In this document: piece by piece, positions 48,801 to 58,838 of the stretch
Numbering within the stretch: position 1 is the stretch's first letter
Layout: the number at the start of each line of letters is the position of its first letter
Assembly: GCA_964019335.1 (NCBI GenBank)
Contig: OZ025701.1
Location: 248,001-312,000, forward strand
Length of the DNA stretch: 64,000 nt
Origin: Diplonema japonicum
Taxonomy: Eukaryota > Protista > Euglenozoa: Diplonemea
Reading direction: 5' to 3'
The notes under the pieces: generated by a model
The model's input: only the letters and a program-made list of their open reading frames with translations
The model's database searches: none
Told to the model about the DNA's origin: nothing
Position numbers and translations under genes: made by a program

Positions 48801-49199
48801 GCACGTTGCCGTCACATTCTCTAACTGCAGGGTCAAGTTGGCGACTATTCTTTCTAGTTCACCAAGACGGTCGAGCACCTGTGGGCTTGTCGTGCTGTCC
48901 TTCTTCGTCCGAGTCCACGTCATCCCGTTGCTCCAGCTGATCATTCCGTCTCCATGCCAAGGTAAGGACTTTCCGCGCATGTCTAGAGCCTGCAGAAGCC
49001 CGCCCACAGGTGCCACAGCGTCGCCGTCCACGTGAACCGTACCGTACTTCGAAGCCAGCACGCAGCCTGTTGCGTCAGCTGTGCTCGTCACCGTCATCAG
49101 GGCATCCGAAGCACTGTCATACCACTTGCCGTCGAAGTCGTCACACCCAGCAGCCATCACACTGGCAGCCATGGTGGCTAAAAGCCCCCTGAGCAACAT
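45852..49199 (-). CDS. Large secreted protein (1115 aa) with phytocyanin-like domain and His-rich metal-binding motifs
   Basis: Signal peptide, coiled coils, GPPGRDG, YLGDELVF..AFEECD..GSHYF, HNHAN..GLGE..LNGVQFTTRHNDY, C-terminal GHSH/DGHDH/CPDGH; intronless. Confidence 0.85.
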   Translation of the reverse strand: MLLRGLLATMAASVMAAGCDDFDGKWYDSASDALMTVTSTADATGCVLASKYGTVHVDGDAVAPVGGLLQALDMRGKSLPWHGDGMISWSNGMTWTRTKKDSTTSPQVLDRLGELERIVANLTLQLENVTATCCGGAGGVPNGQQDEIQQLREEVANLTQLANGTAGPPGRDGYCTITPNVTSVYVPVTRYVYKNAGNADNRCVVGGTAIRAGSSSGSPSMQTHTTITDDVCKWSNNMYDSAMYSYLGDELVFWRATSKMDLWKFKDEKAFEECDFDRADLLAGKLDFDGLELAGKNFSLELKTIGSHYFGSTSFGKSDPDRRELCWDSKVTPFGVVSSMPKGWGKNARLEVQVLNPTEEVMAECPLYDPAAYGLGANPGQIPDSASVDRLKGAVAAMGRQLISYETRMQQRVREQGQSGITVVRAYGHGTDAYHTSSHTRGAAVGTHNHANLRHTMGLGEFGAVLNGVQFTTRHNDYSLLEPDSSLTVAEYTSSWPPKAKEVDFPEVPPSVTAAGNVDAQAAEMREYFRAFHTQNVTHRDFRDYFKPVLCYLEGAWVEAQDDVAEPFASERHHVDADSWSDLNDKNNFLFQSGQKNTLENLPYLPTAFRGMIENGEDTFEPRLAQWFYRITCKSMNQHISTKRFRVRNDLHVQLRFSKPATREMTGKTKRATFDVNPTEEGKWTEDAPWPKGETTYEYVDSLMGQLSGFDGPNGNLQDTAFGSTCGEYEGGQVLNTAKYSRYYSMLEKDAMGRTEKKRSFNDYLFAAQTTHEKVSPQKVCAKLDAAPLARASQRDKDRTTECAGLKSQSACSKYAHWDKAELDGGAVEAKCAWAKGKCVYKKCWEQRWSYAIPLEMIYLTPLTKWNPYNIEYFEKADPNFDSVTENGRNGKKGTPYKGGRQNLFFQTPSSFFKDAKNVDKADTSGGVTYVEDKNGKEREVRASGHWILFPEIEGIGEVRQRYPIYPVHEYGNTIWKETKALHELLVGGKSPALKSIVEETRSEAYGAELVLLTGGGHSHEVHISPEKLLNLKSGKITSITAVSSLADGHDHYVKVSYNRTAASGSEWSLDYCTMSADKKQCPAMPAGDCGQTSGGVACCRAVCPDGHPGVEPVL

Positions 49200-49409
49200 T
49201 TTCTTTTATGAAAACTGTGAAGATTGAGATGCAAAAAGAACGTCCACCTGTGTAACAAAGACAACTACACCAACCGTCGCACGAGGAGAAAAAAAGCTGT
49301 GAAAGTTTTTTTTTTTGCTCGGCACAAGTTGCATGTATAGTTATAAAATCATTTTTCTTTTTGAAAGATAAATTTTTGCAACAAAAAGAAATCCAAAAAG
49401 AAAAAAAAA

Positions 49410-49500
49410 CTCAAAGTACAGGACAAGCCCCCCGCTAGAGGGCCGCCCTATGGGAGGGGGGGGGGGGTCTGTTAATACTCCCCTTCTGGAGCATTGCTTT
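49410..49500 (-). mobile_element. 5'-truncated retroposon-like remnant, family R, copy C
   Basis: Nearly identical to 28413-28503. Confidence 0.6.
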
Positions 49501-49544
49501 AAAAAAAAGAGACGAGATTAAGGAAGGTTTTTTTTTTTTTTTAA

Positions 49545-50756
49545 CCCATAAAGGACCGCTATTTTTCGTCTAAAAAGTCGATTTTGAACTTTTCGTTCAA
49601 ATACCAAAATAAAATGGCGAGGGTGGAGTTAGAGGGTGTGTACCTATATTATTTTCACTACCCCATTTCTGGAGCGCGAAGCGGCCTGCATTTCAGCCCC
49701 AGACGCGCCCAAACTTTGGTGGTAGAGCAGCATTTGAGAGAAACAACTCTTGCAAAGGGCACATGCAATCCGGAGGTTCCATGGTTTCGGCAAGCAGCGC
49801 TTATTCAGCGTGCAGGGCGGGCTGGTTATTTTTTTTTCACCACTTATGGCCGTTCTTTGAACACAAGGTCCGAGGTGCCGCAGATATGCGACTTGTCCAA
49901 TTTAAACGTATTTCTATTTTCAAGTGGTTTTCAAGAGGTTCTCAGGTGGTTTTTTAAGATGTCGTTAATGTGAAAAAAGTCGAAACAGGGCACAGGGCAC
50001 AGGGCACAGGGCACAGGGCACAGGGCACAGGGCACAGGGCACATTGCTACGTTGCAATCTCTGCACGAGAACATGGCCTGGGTGCGTTTTTTCTCTAATT
50101 TGTTGCACACAGTGCAATTCCGTGCCTTTTGCATCTTTTCAGGACACATTAAAGGTGCACCCTTGGCACGTGAAGGTGCACCCTGAGGGGTAGGAATCTT
50201 AGGCTCCGGCGGGGAACACTTGATGTGGGCGCCGTGCCCGCGCCGGTACAAACAATCATGTTTAGAGTGTAACCGGTGTCTGATTTGCATTTTGAACCCA
50301 TAACGCTTCCTCTTCTTCGGCTCACAAACAATGAACCCGACACGGCTTCTACAGCGTATGATGGTTCATCCACAGCAAGGTTTCGCTTGGGTACATACAG
50401 GGATGACCAAGAAGGAATCACAAGATTTATAAGATTGCGCCCGTTAGCCATTCTGTCTCCTTCTCCTCCACCAGGGGGCAACCCAAACCGCATTTAGCGC
50501 ATTATTTTTAGGAGCCTGTTTCTTTCCATTACCGTTCTGAAATATTGTGAATATGGGGTATCTGTGAGTTCATCCTGCCCAGTAGACCTTGATATCTGTC
50601 TTGATTATGAGCCCTGTAAGTATCCAGAGGCCTCTATACCACTCGAATGGCTTGCTGCCCACCCCACGATAGGTGGGCATGCAGAGCACTAAAAATGCCT
50701 TAGCAGAATTTAAAAAAAAGTTTTTAGCTGAATATTCAGCTCCGGTCCTTTATGGG
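49545..50756 (-). mobile_element. Internally deleted piggyBac transposon
   Basis: TTAA TSDs at 49541-49544 and 50757-50760; perfect 14-bp TIR CCCATAAAGGACCG; transposase remnants YVPKRNLAVDE and Cys-rich C-terminus CTVC..CRDC..MCPVPC..FDFFH. Confidence 0.95.
49985..50040. repeat. Tandem heptamer (ACAGGGC)x8
   Basis: Directly visible inside the piggyBac Cys-rich domain. Confidence 0.95.
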
Positions 50757-50910
50757 TTAAATAAAAAAAGCCCCTCTGAGACAAGCATCCTGTGCTCTGT
50801 AAAAGAATAAACCGACAGGGAGTAAATCAAGTGCCTTTTAATTCCCCGTTCTGGATGAGGAAGAAAAAGCTAAGAAGAAAAACAAAGGGAGAAAAGAAAA
50901 AAGTACAAAA

Positions 50911-51024
50911 AGAGGAACTGGCTGTTGTTTGTACGTGCCGGGTAAAACCTGGAGAAGTTTGTCAACCCGAAACACGTTGTCAACGTTCCCCTTTTGTTTA
51001 GACAAGTCAAAGACTCGTTCTTGC
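50911..51024. repeat. Dispersed repeat family C
   Basis: Homologous to 16902-17003 and 10292-10412. Confidence 0.75.
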
Positions 51025-51029
51025 AAAAT

Positions 51030-51064
<35 letters not shown>

Positions 51065-51143
51065 AGGGAGGTTTTCGAGTTAAAAGAAAATAATTATTTA
51101 TGACCATATGTTCGCACAAGCAAAAAAAAAAAAATTCATTCGA

Positions 51144-51185
<42 letters not shown>

Positions 51186-51315
51186 CGGCACAAGTTGCAT
51201 ATAGTTATAAAAATCAATTATTTCCTTTTTGAAAGAAAGGAAAAAGAAAAAAAAAACAGGGAGGAAATGAAGATCGAGAAAAAAAGATAAAGAGAAAGAG
51301 GGGGGGAAAAAAAAA

Positions 51316-52341
51316 TCATTCTCTCTTCTTCATCACTAAATTGAGCTTGATTTTGAGAGACCCGATGCACACTTCATCACCACCGGTGTACTTGTATTTA
51401 ATAGGTTTTGCATCTCCTGTTGTCACTCTGTCCCGGTGCGCCACAGCCAGCACAGCGGTCAATAGATCCACGAAGCTACCGTAGCAGCACCCGTATAGTT
51501 GGCAACCCTCGCAGAACGAGGCCAAGTGCGCTTTCTTGGGAGCTAGCGTAGAGTTGCTGTCGTCCTCATCTTCAACGTGTCTCACGACTAAGCTGTTCAT
51601 GACTGGCCGCCCTGCATGCATGCATTTCTTGCAGTTTTGTCCAACGACCTCACGAAATGTTTTGTTCTTCTTCTCGGAAGCCTTAACCATGCGAACTTTG
51701 GGGATCTCAACTGCATTGTTCTCCGGAACATCACGAACTGTTTTGTTCTTCTTCTCAAAAACCCTCATTCTGCCCTTGTGTGAGTACCAGTTTGAAGGGC
51801 ACGATGTGCACCTGAAAGGAACTTCCACACGGCAGTGGTGCCTGCTTCCCAGCTTGTACCTGGGGTCATTTAAGTCAGCTCTGCATTCTGAACACGGGCC
51901 TTTTCGTTTAAAATCATGAAGACCTGCGTCGGGATCTGCGGCATACTCTTTCAAGAATTTAGTTGCGAACTTATCGCTTTTGAGCTCAGCTCTCAACTGG
52001 TTTCGCCTCGCGTTGTTCTTCATGCTGAGCAGGGCGCGCATGCGCCTGATGGTCTCCTTCACCTCCTTGTATTCCGTGTACTCATCGTAAGCTTCGTTTT
52101 CCAGGTTCATGGTGATGGTGGCAACCTCGCCTGTTGTTCTTAAGACAGTCCACTTCCCCTTCTTCTCTTGCAGCATGGTTTTTTCGACGGTGGGGATCTT
52201 TTCGAGAGCTCTTCCGATGGCCCCGTTCAGATGCGCGGGTGTTGCGGTGTTGTCGCGAAGAGCCGTTTCGAGCGCATCGTTTACTTGCTTTTTGAATTCG
52301 TCGATTACACTCTTTCTTCCTCGTGCACGTCCGCCAGCCAT
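51316..52341 (-). CDS. 3CxxC-type zinc-finger protein, divergent paralog
   Basis: PFRCTSCPSNWYS...QNCKKC...AHLASFCEGCQLYGCC; colinear with 43818-44714. Confidence 0.82.
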   Translation of the reverse strand: MAGGRARGRKSVIDEFKKQVNDALETALRDNTATPAHLNGAIGRALEKIPTVEKTMLQEKKGKWTVLRTTGEVATITMNLENEAYDEYTEYKEVKETIRRMRALLSMKNNARRNQLRAELKSDKFATKFLKEYAADPDAGLHDFKRKGPCSECRADLNDPRYKLGSRHHCRVEVPFRCTSCPSNWYSHKGRMRVFEKKNKTVRDVPENNAVEIPKVRMVKASEKKNKTFREVVGQNCKKCMHAGRPVMNSLVVRHVEDEDDSNSTLAPKKAHLASFCEGCQLYGCCYGSFVDLLTAVLAVAHRDRVTTGDAKPIKYKYTGGDEVCIGSLKIKLNLVMKKRE

Positions 52342-52600
52342 GTTTTCTCTTTTTTTTTTTTAAAAACTATGCAAATAATGCCTGGGGGGGGGGTGCAAAA
52401 AGTGACGGTGACGCAAACTAACCCAGTGTATGCGGATAGCATAAGAAAAAAAGGAGATAAAAAAAGCAGGGAGGAAAGTAGATCTACCCTTTCGTAAAAA
52501 AGAGAAGACTGAAAGTACAACTCGTTTGACTTTGCCCCCCTTATTATTATTATTTTTTTTTTCCCCTGCTCGAGTAGGGGACATAAGAAACAACAAACAT

Positions 52601-52634
<34 letters not shown>

Positions 52635-53017
52635 CAGCAGGAAAAAAAAGGGGGGGTTCGGCCGGTTGTTCTGCAAAAGTAGCATGCAATTTACATAAGA
52701 GATAAAGGAGGCCAGTGTTGGCGGCGACACGTGGAATTAAAAAAGAAAAGATGCGAGAAAAAAAGGGATGAGAAGAAAACCACCTTAAAGAAAGGAGGTA
52801 AAAAAAAAAAACAAGAAGGAAAGCAGATCTACCCTTTCGTAAAGAGAAGACTGGTATAATTTGTCAGGTTTGTTCCCCCCCCCTTTTTTTTTTCTTCCTG
52901 CTCGAGTATTGCAAGAAAAAAAAAAAAAACACTTTTTTTTTTTTTTACTCAGCAGAGGGGGTACAAAGTTGGTCAGTAGTGTTCGGGAGAAAAAAAAAAA
53001 GAGAAAATTTGCTGCGC

Positions 53018-53060
<43 letters not shown>

Positions 53061-53171
53061 TAGGGATAGACAATAAAGAGCAAGAACAAAAAAAAAATCT
53101 CTTTTCTTCTTCTTCTTTTTTTTTTTTTTTTTTTTTTTTTTTTCTTCTTCCTCTAAAACCAATCACCAAAA

Positions 53172-53203
<32 letters not shown>

Positions 53204-53208
<5 letters not shown>

Positions 53209-54090
53209 ATTCTGAGGTGATTTTTGTTGCAACATCAACCGTCACAGCTACGTAGAGCAACACCTTTGCTCTTCCAATATAAAGCACCTTCCCACCATCA
53301 TACTGGTACTCAATGGGGGAACCATAGCCATCATAGTACGACGCAGCAAGCACCGTGGTGAAGAGATCAACAAACCATCCTTGGCAAGACCCGTATAGAA
53401 TACACCCTTCACAAAGCTCATGGTGGGGTTTTTTGGAGGGCCCGCTTGTTTCCTCGCCCACTATGAAGTCTTTGGAAACTCCTTCCGTGTGACATTCTTT
53501 GCAATATTGCGTTAAAACTCTTTCATTTTCGACATCGTACCTTGCAAGGCGGGAATACCATGACTGCCTGCATTTTTTGTTTGTGCACCTGAAGCGAGCT
53601 TCCACCTTGCAGTGATGGGTTGTGCCAAGTTTGTATTTTGGATCTTCAAGTGCCTTGTTGCAGATCTGACATGGTGTGCCTTCGAACCCATATGTATAGT
53701 CATCTCTCCTTTGGAACTCACCATTATCCATTTCGTTGAAGAAAGCACGTGCAGTGGGGGTCAGATCTGAGCTCTTGCCGTAAGGCTCTCTTGCGGGCAC
53801 CTTGCCCGTGCCGCATTGTGTTCATTGTCTTTTTTATCTCCTCGAACTCTTCTTCTTCGTAGCCGTTGTTCTCAAGGCGCATTGTGAATGTGCCTGTTTC
53901 GCCTGTTGACTTTGTGATGGTTCATTTGTTCTTTGCAACGGCGACGTTGATGACACCACGCAAAGCTCTGAACCTTCTGTCCAGCGTACCCGATGTCGAC
54001 AGGGTGCAACTGGCACTCTTTCAGCACCGTTTTCACAAGCTTCCAGATGTCCTTTTCCAAATGCGAGTTCTCCTTTTTGCGGATCGGCAT
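53204..54090 (-). pseudogene. Frameshifted recent duplicate of the 3CxxC gene at 43818-44714
   Basis: High identity with a 2-nt deletion (~53990), a 12-nt deletion (~53805) and a 1-nt G insertion (~53758). Confidence 0.8.
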
Positions 54091-54623
54091 TTTCTTTTTT
54101 TTTAATTGAAATTATGCAACTAAATGTGCCTTTTTTTTTTTTTTTTTTTTTTTTTAAATATTTGGTTTGTTTACCATCATTGACAGAAGATGCGGGGTTA
54201 ACATCCGCAAAACCAAGGCAACTTCTCAGTAGCTGTATTTCGTATTTCAACAAAAAAAAAAAAGAATATGAAAAAAAAAAGGACAATGAAGGGAAGAAAA
54301 AAAGAGCGGGAAGGTAAGAGAGAAAAAAAAATAACTTTCTCTTCTTTTTTTTTTTCAAGAGAAAAAAAAAATATAAAAAAAAAAAAAGTAGATGGAAAAG
54401 AAATAAAAGGACGGCCAGAGACAGGTGGTTGACCTCCTTTCTGTTTTATTTCATTCACCTCGGAAAAAAAGTTTTTCAAAACAAAAAAAAAAACTTTCTT
54501 TCTTTTTTTTGTTCTTTTTTTTTTTTTTTTTTAAAAAAAAAAACCCGCAAAAGAAATGAGAGGAAAAAGAAGAGAACAAAAAAAAAATGAAGCAAGGGTA
54601 GGAAGAAAGCAAAAAAGGGGGAG

Positions 54624-54663
<40 letters not shown>

Positions 54664-54667
54664 CTAA

Positions 54668-55159
54668 CTAAATTTCAACAATAGCCTTGATCATCAGGTA
54701 AACAAGAGCCGCGTGGTGGATAAGAAAACACCCAGAACGGAGGAAACTAAGGGTTGGATTGCTGGTACTCAGGTAGGCAATGTTGTAGAAAAAACGAGCG
54801 ACCAGCGCTACAATTATTGCTACATTTACTATTTTAGAGTCCAGTTGAGCTATGTAAGCAGAGGCCATGGCAGCGAGGAACACTGTGAAACCTTCCCATC
54901 CGTTATCGTGTGCCCCCTGTGCCCTTCTAATAAAAGGCGCATCAGGGTGGTCGGGGTTGTTGGCTACAAGGTCAATAGCCCGTCGGGGCTCTGGGTTGAC
55001 ATCCACAACCAGCGGCTTTGCAAGAGCACTCCCATTGGGTGTAGTGATCTCTTCACTGCTCGGGTTGAAAATCCTATGCGCTCTGGCGAATGCGGGGACC
55101 ATCAAAAGGAAGTGGTAAATAGGCATAGCGACTGCCATCATAACAACATTCTCTGACAT
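54668..55159 (-). CDS. MAPEG-family membrane protein
   Basis: NPEPR..RRAQGAHDNGWEGF..ARFFYNIAY..LRSGCF with four hydrophobic helices. Confidence 0.88.
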   Translation of the reverse strand: MSENVVMMAVAMPIYHFLLMVPAFARAHRIFNPSSEEITTPNGSALAKPLVVDVNPEPRRAIDLVANNPDHPDAPFIRRAQGAHDNGWEGFTVFLAAMASAYIAQLDSKIVNVAIIVALVARFFYNIAYLSTSNPTLSFLRSGCFLIHHAALVYLMIKAIVEI

Positions 55160-55650
55160 TTTTTTTTTTTTTTTTCTTTTTTTGAATGTGTAAAAACCTT
55201 TTTTTTTTTTATATTTTTTTTTAGAAAATTTGAAAAAAAAAAAAAGAGAAGAAAAAAAAAAAAAGAATTCAACAACACACTGATGGGTGTCACCCCCCCC
55301 CCCCCCCCCCCCCGGCTTCATTCCCTGAATATGAAGCACAGACCAAAGGATTGTTAGGCCCGCTTTCCCGGAGCAGAAAAATTCGTTTGAGCGGAAATTC
55401 TTTTTTTTTTTTTCTCGAAAAAAGCTATTTTTTTTTGTTTTCAGGTTACATCAGCATCCTATGTTTATGTGGGGACTTTTTTTTTTTTTTTTTCTTTTTT
55501 TCCGTCTTCCTTTTTTTTTTTTTTGGGCGAAAAAAAAAACAAAAAAAAAAAAAAACACTATGGTTTCCCCCCCCCTATTTGTCCCCCCTCCTAAAAAAAA
55601 AAAAAGTCAGATCTTTACCGATTGGTAACTACAGTAATTAGGGCCGCTTT

Positions 55651-55687
<37 letters not shown>

Positions 55688-55776
55688 ATAGACTAGGCCA
55701 TAGAAAGAAAGAAATGACTTAGCTGTGCCTCATTAACCGACTGGCGTACGAACAACTTTAAAAAAAAAAAAAAAAT

Positions 55777-56120
55777 CTATTGCAAAGGAGGAGGAGGGAA
55801 TGGCATTTCTGGGGTCCAGGCTTGGGTTGCTGCGCCCGGCGCTTCAGGTTCTTTTTCGCCTGCATCGGCGGTAAAAGGGAGGGGAGAAGGAGAGATAGGG
55901 GTGCCCTTGTTAACGGCTGCATAAACAGACATGGCAGAGGTAATCATCGCTATATTTAAAAAAAAAAATTTTTTTTTTTTAATTATTTCCCCTGCCCTCC
56001 ATCATCCAAACCTGAAGGGTCCTGCAGATTAGACGGAAGGACAACTGTGTTTGTCTCCTTTGCAATGTTGCCGAAGCTTTCGATGTATTTCTTTGCAACC
56101 TCCAGTTTCATAGCCTATTT

Positions 56121-56153
<33 letters not shown>

Positions 56154-57221
56154 CCCACACTTCTTCCGAGTTTGCGTTGTTCTTGATAGTGGTGGCGACA
56201 ATTCTGATGGCGTCAGCTTGCGCTTCGCTGATTAATTTCATTTTTGAGGCTTCGCCCTCTGCCTGTTTCACTGTGACAACCCGTTCTGCTTCTGCGAGGA
56301 GTTCTTTTGCTTTTTGTTCACCAGCAGCTCGGTTTGTCATCGCATCTCTGTCACCCTCACTCTCAAGGACATTTTTCCGCCGTTTCCTGTCTGCCTCCGC
56401 CTGAAGGTCCATACTCTTTCGGACGGTGTCCGAGACCTGAATATCCCTTATCTCGTACCTCTTGCACTGTATCCCCCAGCTTTCAGCGTCGATTGCAATC
56501 GCCGCCCTGATGTTCACGTTAAGCTGGTAAGAGATTTTTTTTTTCCCTTTTTTTTTTTTTTTTTTCCAACATCATACCTCAGCTCTTTCGGCGAACAGCC
56601 TGTCGAGGGTCAGCTTACCAATTTCGCTCCGCATAGTTGTTTGCGCCACGTTGAGAAGACTGTGAATCGGGTTTTCAACATCTGTGCGAAGAGGGGGGGG
56701 GGGGGGGGGGGGGTTTATCTTTTTTTTTTTTTTTGTATTACATACTGTAGCTTGCCCTTTCGGCATTGTCGATTTTCATGAATAGGATACCGTCGATGTT
56801 CACAACCACGTTGTCCTTAGTTATGGCGCTTTGGTTGGGGATTTCTTGGGTTTGTTCCTGTTTTTCTTTCTTCTTTTTTTTTTTTTTCCCTTCAAACCTT
56901 GCTCGAGTGAACGTAGCTTATCCGGTCCACGAACGGCACCAAGAACGCCAAACCCGGTTCCAAGGTTTTGCTGTACCTCCCCAGGCGCTCTATCACCCAG
57001 AGCTCACCCTGGGGCACAATGCACACTCCCTTGTTGATGGGGGGTTTTTTGATGTAATCCGAGGCGCTCTTCGGCTGCCTCATAGGAGGGGGCGAGTTGT
57101 AAGGGTCGTTCAAGGGGGTTCCCCAATACGGCGGCTGAGAAGGTGGCCCGCCCTGTGGGGGCGGTGGGTGTGACCCTGCAGAGTAACATCTGCGGGCCAC
57201 CAGCACTGGCGACCGAAGCAT
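55777..57221 (-). CDS. STOML2: Stomatin-like protein 2 (SPFH/Band 7, mitochondrial); 5 introns
   Basis: [51 protein letters not shown]. Introns 56858-56897, 56682-56745, 56524-56577, 56115-56160, 55950-56011 all restore the frame. Confidence 0.93.
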
Positions 57222-57325
57222 TATTTTTTTTTTTTTTTTCCCCTCTTCCCCCCTCCCTCACGCTTCGTTTTTTTTTGTTAACTATTATATGTCAATGTTT
57301 CAAAATAATATTTTTTTTTTTCTTC

Positions 57326-58048
57326 TCACACCCCTTGCCCTAGCATAAGTAGCCCACGTTCTCCATCAGAGATAAGCTTCGCATCAGGTTGCATTTCAGA
57401 GATTTCGGAAATCGTGCTGCGCCGGTGTGAAGACGTTGGGAGAGAGGCATTGCGAACAACGAGGAGGGGGGTGGTGGGGGGTGCTCCAAGGGACAACAGC
57501 TTACGACAGAGCTCAGAAGCCGCAGAAGTACCCATATAGAGACAGACTGTGCTGGTAGGGAGCATTGGGAACCATGAGGTGTTCAGTCCACCAGTTTTGT
57601 CAACGGCCGTCGACAATACAAGATTCCGAGCCACACCCCTTGTTGTGAGGGAGGTTAAGGTGTCAGCAGCGGCTGCAGAAGCAGCAGTCACACCAGGGAT
57701 GACTTCAGGGGTGATGTTGAACTTTTTAAGGTGTTTTGCCTCCTCCCCGCCACGGCCGAACACCATTGGGTCGCCGCCTTTCAATCGGACTACTTTCTTC
57801 CCCTCCTTTACTTTCTTCACCATCAGTTTGTTTAACTCGTCTTGGGGCATCGCGTGGTCCCCCTTCCGCTTGCCGACGTAAATTTTTTCGCAGTTCTTTT
57901 TAACCATTTCAAGGATATCTGCTCCCACGAATGCATCGTAGAGGCACACCTCTGCTTTGCTCAGCCTGTCCACCGCCTTTGTAGTGAGGAGCCCTTTGTC
58001 ACCCGGGCCACAGCCTACTAGGCTGATAGAGGCTGGTACTGCTGCCAT
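57326..58048 (-). CDS. cobA: Uroporphyrinogen-III C-methyltransferase (SUMT)
   Basis: LVGCGPGD..LLT, YVGKR, VVRLKGGDPMVFGRGGEE, IPGVTAA, LYMG. Confidence 0.93.
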   Translation of the reverse strand: MAAVPASISLVGCGPGDKGLLTTKAVDRLSKAEVCLYDAFVGADILEMVKKNCEKIYVGKRKGDHAMPQDELNKLMVKKVKEGKKVVRLKGGDPMVFGRGGEEAKHLKKFNITPEVIPGVTAASAAAADTLTSLTTRGVARNLVLSTAVDKTGGLNTSWFPMLPTSTVCLYMGTSAASELCRKLLSLGAPPTTPLLVVRNASLPTSSHRRSTISEISEMQPDAKLISDGERGLLMLGQGV

Positions 58049-58838
58049 TATTTTTATTTTTTTTTTTTCCCCTCCTTTTCCGAAGTTGAATATATATATA
58101 TATATATTTTTTTTTTTTTCTTTCTTTTTTTTTTTTTTTTTTTGCGATGTACCTACCGTGCAAAGCGTGGGGTAAAAATAGAGTGGGGAGGGTGAAAGAA
58201 GTGACGAGTGTACGAGATGAAAACTCGATGCATGGGAGGGGGTTTCCGGGAGGGTGAGAAATCTCTACAAAATGGGGGAAAAAAAAAGTTTATGAGAAAT
58301 AAATAAAAAAAAGATCTTTTCGGAAAGAAACATGGAAAGAGGGGGAGGGGGGGGGGGGGGCAGGACCCCAAAGTTATGGTTTCCCTTTCAACAAATAAAG
58401 AAAGAAAAAAAAATATTGCTACAATAGAACTTTAAAAAAGAAAATGAGGTCTTCCCCCCCTTCCCTCTATTACCCATCACTCTTCCCCCCCCCCCCCCCC
58501 CCCTCCCCGTTTTCTTGTGTCCCCAACTATCAGCCTTTTTTTTTCATTTTTTTTTCTTTGGCCAAACTGAGGTAGGGGAGGAGGAACACAAGATACCACT
58601 TCGATCCCCTTTTACAAGTAGAGTGATGGTGGGAAGGACGATGGGAAGGGTCATTAGAAAAGAAAAAAAAAAGGAAAAAAAGGGGGTGCATCCATGTGAC
58701 CTAAATCACTGATACAGATTGCATTGGCTGACACTACAAGGGTGGGATGAGATCTTGAAGCGTTTGAAGGTAAAAACAAAACAAAAAACTTTTTTTTATA
58801 TTCCCCCCCCCCTTTTTTTGCTTCTTTTATACTCCAAC

